A stretch of 64,000 nt of DNA from the human T2T-CHM13v2.0 reference genome, Homo sapiens. Numbering within the stretch: the first letter of the stretch is position 1; each line of letters begins with the position of its first letter. Under the pieces are notes generated by a model. It saw only the letters and a program-made list of their open reading frames with translations, did no database searches and had not been told where the DNA came from. The translations under genes and the position numbers were made by a program. The stretch lies in NCBI RefSeq assembly GCF_009914755.1, contig NC_060925.1. One strand, 5' to 3'. Of this stretch, positions 61,048 through 64,000 are shown piece after piece.

Positions 61048-64000
61048 CAGAGATATTGGCCTGAAATTTTCTTTTTTGTTGTTTCTCTGCCAGGTTTTGG
61101 TATCAGGATAATGCTGGTCTCATAAAATGGGTTAGGGAAGATTTCCTCTTCTTCTATTGTTTGGAATAGTTTCAGAAGGAATGGTACCAGCTCCTCTTTG
61201 TATCTCTGGTAGAATTTGGCTGTGTATCCATCTGGTCCTGGACTTTTTCTGGTTGGTAGGCTACTAATTACTGCCTCAATTTCAGAACTTGTTATTGGTC
61301 TATTCAGGGATTCGATGTCTTCCTGGTTTAGACTTGGGTGGGTGTATGTGTCCAGGAATTTATCAATTTCTTCTAGATTTTCGAGTTTATTTGTGTAGAG
61401 GTGTTTATATTATTCTCTGATGATAGTTTGTATTTCTGTGGGATCTGTGGTGATATCCCTTTTATCGTTTTTATTGCATCTATTTGATTCTTTTCTCTTT
61501 TCTTCTTTATTATTCTGGCTAGTGGATATTTTGTTGATCTTTTCAAAACTAGCTCCTGGATTAATTGATTTTTGAAGGGTTTTTTTTTGGGTCTTTATCT
61601 CCTTCAGTTCTTCTCTGATCTTAGTTATTTATTGTCTTCTGCTAGCTTTTGAATTTGTTTGCCCTTGCTTCTGTGGTTCTTTCAATTGTGATGTTAGGTT
61701 GTCAATTTTAGATCTTTCCTGCTTTCTCGTGGGCATTTAGAGTTATAAATTTCCCTCTACACACTGCTTTAAATGTGTCCCAGAGATTCTGGTACATTGT
61801 ATCTTTGTTCTCATTGGTTTCAAAGAACATCTTTATTTCTGCCTTAATTTCGTTATGTACCCAGTAGTCATTCAGGAGCAGGTTCTTCAGTTTCCATGTA
61901 GTTGAGCAGTTTTGAGTGAGTTTCCTAATCCTGAGTTCTAATTTGATTGCATTGTGGTCTGAGACGATGTTTGTTATGATTTCCATTCTTTTGCATTTGC
62001 TGAGGAGTATTTTACTTCCAATTATGTGGTCAATTTTAGAATAAGTGTGATGAGGTGCTGAGAAGAATGTATATTCTATTGAATATACATTCTATTGAAT
62101 GTATACTCTGGGGTGGAGAGATCTGTGGATGTCTATTAGGTCCACTCGGTCCAGAGCTGAGTTCAAGTCCTGAATATCCTTGTTAATTTTCTGTCTCGTT
62201 GATCTGTCTCATATTGACAGTGGGGTGTTAAAGTCTCCCACTATTATTGTGTGGGAGTCTAAGTCTCCTTGTAGTTCTCTAAGAATTTGCTTTATGAGTC
62301 TGGGTGCTCCTGTATTGGGTGCATATACATTTAGGATAGTTAGCTCTTCTTGTTGCATTGATTGCTTTACCATTATGTAATGACCTTCTTTGTCTCTTTT
62401 GATCTTTGTTTGTTTAAAGTCTGTTTTATCAGAGACCAGGATTGCAACTCCCACTCTTTTTTTTGCTTTCCAGTTGCTTGGTAAATATTCCTCCATCCCT
62501 TTATTTTGAGCCTATATGTATCTTTGCATGTGAGATGGGTCTCTTGAATACAGCAAATGCACGTGGATAGGAAGAATAAATATGGTGAAAATGGCCATAC
62601 TGTCCAATGTAATTTATAGATTCAATGTTATGGCCATCAAGCTACCCTTGAATTTCTTTATGGAACTGGAAAAAACTACTTTAAACTTCATATGGAACCC
62701 AAAAAGAGCCCTTATAGCCAAGACAATCCTAAGCAAAAAGAACAAAGCTGGAGGCATCACACTACCTGACTTCAAACTATACTACAAGGATACAGTAAAC
62801 AAAGCAGCATGGTACCAGTACCAAAACAGACATACAGATCAATGGAACACAACAGAGGCCTCAGAAATAACACCACACATCTACAGCCATCTCATCTTTG
62901 ACAAACCTGACAAAAACAAGCAATGGGGAAAAGATTCCCTATTTAATAAATGGTGTTGGGAAAACTGGGTAGCCACAGGCAGAAAACTGAAACTGGACCC
63001 CTTCCTTACACCTTATACAAAAATTAACTCAAGGTGGATTAAAGACTTAAACGTAAGTCCTAAAACCATAAAAATCCTAGGAGAAAACCTAGGCAATACC
63101 ATTCAGGACACAGGCATGGGCAAAGACTTCATATCTAAAACACCAAAAGCAATGGCAACAAAAGCCAAAATTGACAAATGGGACCTAATTAAACCAAAGA
63201 ACTTCTGCACAGCAAAAGAAGCTATCATCAGAGTGAACAGGCAACTGACAGAATGGGAGAATATTTTTGCAATCTATCCATCTAACAAAGGGCTAATATC
63301 CAGAATCTACAAAAACTTAAACAAATTTACAAGAAACAGACAAACAACCCCATCGAAAAGTGGGCCAAGGATATAAATAGACACTTCTCAAAAGAAGACA
63401 TTTATGCAGCCAACGGACATATGAACAAAAGCTCATCATCACTGGTCATTAGGGGAATGCAAAGCAAAACCACAATGAGATACCATCTCACACCAGTTAG
63501 AATGGCAATCATTAAAAAGTCAGGAAACAGCAGATGCTGGAGAGGATGTGGAGAAATAAGAAAGCTTTTACACTGTTGGTGGGAGTATAAATTAATTCAA
63601 CCATTGTGGCAGACAGTGTGGTGATTCCTCAAGGATCTAGAACTAGAAATACCATTTGACCTAGCAACCCTATTACTGGGTATATACACAAAAGATTATA
63701 AATCATTCTACTATAAAGGTATGCATACGTATGTTTATTGCGGTGCTATTCACAATAGCAAAGACTTGGAGCCAACCCAAATGCCCATCAATGATAGACT
63801 GAATAAAGAAAATGTGGCACATATACACCAAGGAATACTATATAGCCATAAAAAAGGATGAACTCATGTCCTTTGCAGGGACATGGATGAAGCTGGAAAC
63901 CATCATTCTCAGCAAACTAACACAAGAACATAAAACCAAACACTGCATGTTCTCACTCAGAAGTGGAAGTTGAACAATGAGAACACATGAACACAGGGAG
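60296..64000 (+). mobile_element. L1PA7/8-type with 5' inversion (60296-62555 inverted; 62557-64000 sense), running off the window
   Basis: The inverted piece spans endonuclease to RT; the sense piece resumes about 50 bp further along ORF2, the twin-priming geometry; 3'UTR begins near 63980. Confidence 0.95.
62582..63376 (+). pseudogene. L1 ORF2 post-RT remnant (264 aa)
   Basis: [50 protein letters not shown]. Confidence 0.95.

Overview
Repeat-dense, AT-rich primate nuclear DNA, very likely human or another catarrhine because AluY, THE1D and L1PA elements are present. It reads as intronic or intergenic sequence. I can support no protein-coding host exon, RNA gene, CRISPR array or prokaryotic system. 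The ORFs I could assign are Alu, L1 or LTR read-through or look like noise; the two longest (60217-61047 minus and 62582-63376 plus) are L1 ORF2 remnants. The window contains about 16 Alus and 2 FLAMs, many L1 fragments (L1ME/MD/MC/MA/PA), L2 and MIR, several solo LTRs, a complete two-LTR THE1D-type MaLR provirus and DNA-transposon MITEs (MER47A, MER30, MER33, Tigger3, MER2, Charlie1). Repeat subfamily names come from recalled consensus motifs and need RepeatMasker/Dfam confirmation; boundaries of old repeats are approximate. The structure least explained by ordinary annotation is a series of locally templated rearrangement scars: inverted or direct copies of nearby sequence at about 6.1, 33.2, 45.3, 51.0 and 62.1 kb, plus a captured L1 fragment at 24.3 kb. 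Also notable are a probable fossil non-L1 LINE reverse transcriptase split by an L1PA, an L1-in-L1 twin-priming insertion that creates a ~0.6 kb inverted repeat, and a THE1D 5' LTR that keeps regulatory motifs its 3' twin has lost. I do not see convincing evidence of a new biological system.
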